From Octopus bimaculoides (Eukaryota): a DNA stretch of 50,188 bases. The notes beneath the pieces are model-generated. The model saw only the letters and a list, made by a program, of their open reading frames with translations. It did no database searches and was not told the DNA's origin. The DNA lies in NCBI RefSeq assembly GCF_001194135.2, contig NC_068986.1, forward strand, positions 97,179,416 to 97,229,603, in the 5' to 3' direction. The stretch's first letter is position 1, and every line of letters begins with the position of its first letter. The position numbers were made by a program, and so were the translations under genes. Positions 48,182 to 50,188 of the stretch are shown here, in pieces.

Positions 48182-48659
48182 GACGAAGAGAGTAAGAGAG
48201 AGAGAGTCAGAGGGAGAAGAAGAGAAGGCTTACAGAAAACCTATAAAACAATATTTTTAAAAAAGTTTTCTCTACTATATTGGCAATAATGTAATACACT
48301 TACCCAATGTGTCGAGGTGCTACACAATGGAATTGAATTCGAAAGCTCACGCTTGTAAAGCGAAATTCTTAACTACAAAGTCATACTTAACCAAACAACT
48401 TTGCCGAGAATAATGAAAGCTCCAGACAAAAGTGAATTGACTTCCCCTCAAAGACATATCTAATAGTTAACATCGAAGAGTTTGAATGTTGGTATTTTGT
48501 TTGACACATGGGGCAATGAAACTCAGTGTATTAAGTATATATATATATAATATAAAGAGAGAGAGAGTATATATATATAATATATAATATAAAGAAGCAT
48601 TGGTTATAGAACAGACATTAAATTTGGGTCAATGACTTTACATACAAAACCACACCTCA

Positions 48660-49540
48660 TCCCCTATATTGCTGAATAAAGCCTTGATTTTCGCCCGCAA
48701 ATTTGCGGATATACCCAGTTCAGATAGTGATGTAATTTTAGCGGCAAGGGAGACCCTCATCTCCTACAACGAGCGTGATTGGCAGAGAGTTGATTCTACC
48801 AATTTGTTCGATATTACCATGGGGTCATCTGATTCTGCACAGCGGGCCTATACCTCCTTTCGAAGATTAAGGATAGTTTTCCTCTCCTCACCGGGGGACT
48901 GCATAGGGATGACGCACTTCTAGCTGTACGTAGCTAGTCTAAAACTGCATTGAATAAGTTGAGGAAATCCCTGAGAGTTTTCTTAAAGGATTTCTTTAAT
49001 CTTAACATTATATTTGATATTAACTCCAGAGTGCTGATGTTACATTATGTTTGTATACGGGTTTATATTATCCATTTCGTAAGCCAAACAAATCCATCTC
49101 ATATATCAATGTATCGAGTAATCACTCAAAGTCCACTATAGATAGCATCGTTACCGCTATTTCGATCAGAATCTCTAATTTATCCGCAAATGAAGAGATT
49201 TTCGATCAACATGCGCCAATGTACAATAACGCTTTAAAATTAAGGGGATTCAAAACTATAATCTAATATATACCTAACACGAGATTTAAAAACAAGATGG
49301 CTGGTCTACCACCTGACCATGACACAGTTGATCGGGAAAAAATGCAATGCATTACCTGATTGCAACCAAAAGAAGCCATTGGTTAGAAACGTATTTAAAG
49401 ATGTTAGAAATAGGTATAGGAAGCGAAAGAGTGCTAGTGAGGAGATTAGTAAACCAAGAGCTCACATTCTAGAATAAGAGAAGTAATATGGTTCGCCACC
49501 CCCTTTAACTCTTAGAGTGAGAAATTTGCCCAAGATGATT
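48660..49540 (+). mobile_element. Penelope-like RT remnant (FDITMGS / GLYRDD-type, Neptune-like)
   Basis: NLFDITMGSSDSAQ, GLHRDDALL, DVTLCLYTGLYYPFRKPNKSISYINVSSNH, RISNLSANEEIFDQHAPMYNNALKLRGF, RIREVIWFATPF. Confidence 0.85.
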
Positions 49541-50188
49541 TTTAGGCTTTTTGGTAGTTTTGAATTTTTAGTCGTTATATTTAACTTTTGATAAGCCGTT
49601 CTATTTGTATTTTATTAGAATATATATTTTTACCTTCTGTGATTTTATGTATATGCAGGATTTTTATGCGTTGGTAGACCATGGTGTTTTTTTTTTAGAA
49701 ATGATTAACTGTTTGAGGGGTGGTGCTTTATGTAAAGTCGTTGACCTAAGTTTAATGTTTGTTCTAAAACCAATGTTTCTTTATTTTCGTCTCATTTTAT
49801 ATTTGAGCACTTCTTTTGCAGTCCTATAAACCCTTTTGTATCTATAAAAGACAAATATTATTTCTTGTCATAATATATAATATGTATATATGTATATAAG
49901 TTTTATGATTCCTTGTATATTGAACGACATTTACCGTTGACATGTGACACGTGCTTGTTCTGTTGATTGTTGATCTGCCGGTATTAGCCCTGCACGAAGT
50001 AGCGTTACATGGTATAATGCGAACATGCGAACTGTTCATAGGCTGTTGCTTAGTCGACTCGGCGAGTTTGATTGTTCAAAGACCTGATGTATTCATACAT
50101 TCATGTACATATGCACATCTGCGCATACTTATACACATTCATGTACATATGTGTATCTAATATCTGTATGCATGTGTACATGGATGTA

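Noticed and set aside
49842-50160. Overlapping short ORFs and a minus-strand ACG|GTAAAT donor near 49934
   Set aside because: No consistent acceptor plus frame, and no recognisable peptide.

Overview
AT-rich animal genomic DNA from a draft assembly with many N gaps, dominated by microsatellites and decayed transposable elements. The repeat families look like those I remember from Octopus genomes; this is an inference and was not checked by search. No complete protein-coding gene, tRNA, rRNA or CRISPR array can be supported. Most long ORFs in the track are artefacts of N runs or microsatellites. Supported content: three tRNA-headed SINE families (labelled A, B, D here) plus a short fourth one; three RTE-clade LINE fragments, one ending in C2H2 zinc fingers; CR1-group, R4/Dong-like (RLE) and Penelope-like remnants; mariner (DD34D-type) and maT-like (DD37D-type) transposase fossils; a Helitron-like 3' end; three long inverted-repeat elements; and a hairpin-headed tandem array. 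Unique sequence between the repeats holds a well-formed candidate Pol II promoter (~11.57-11.88 kb) and a candidate ATG-bearing first exon (7108-7243), so the window may be mostly intronic to an unidentified + strand gene. Best leads: a LINE and SINE sharing a 3' tail, (ATT)n tails acting as landing pads for SINE arrays and an RLE LINE, minimal hammerhead-ribozyme motifs in Penelope-like remnants, an unclassified long-TIR transposon, and the promoter. I found no convincing evidence of a wholly new biological system.
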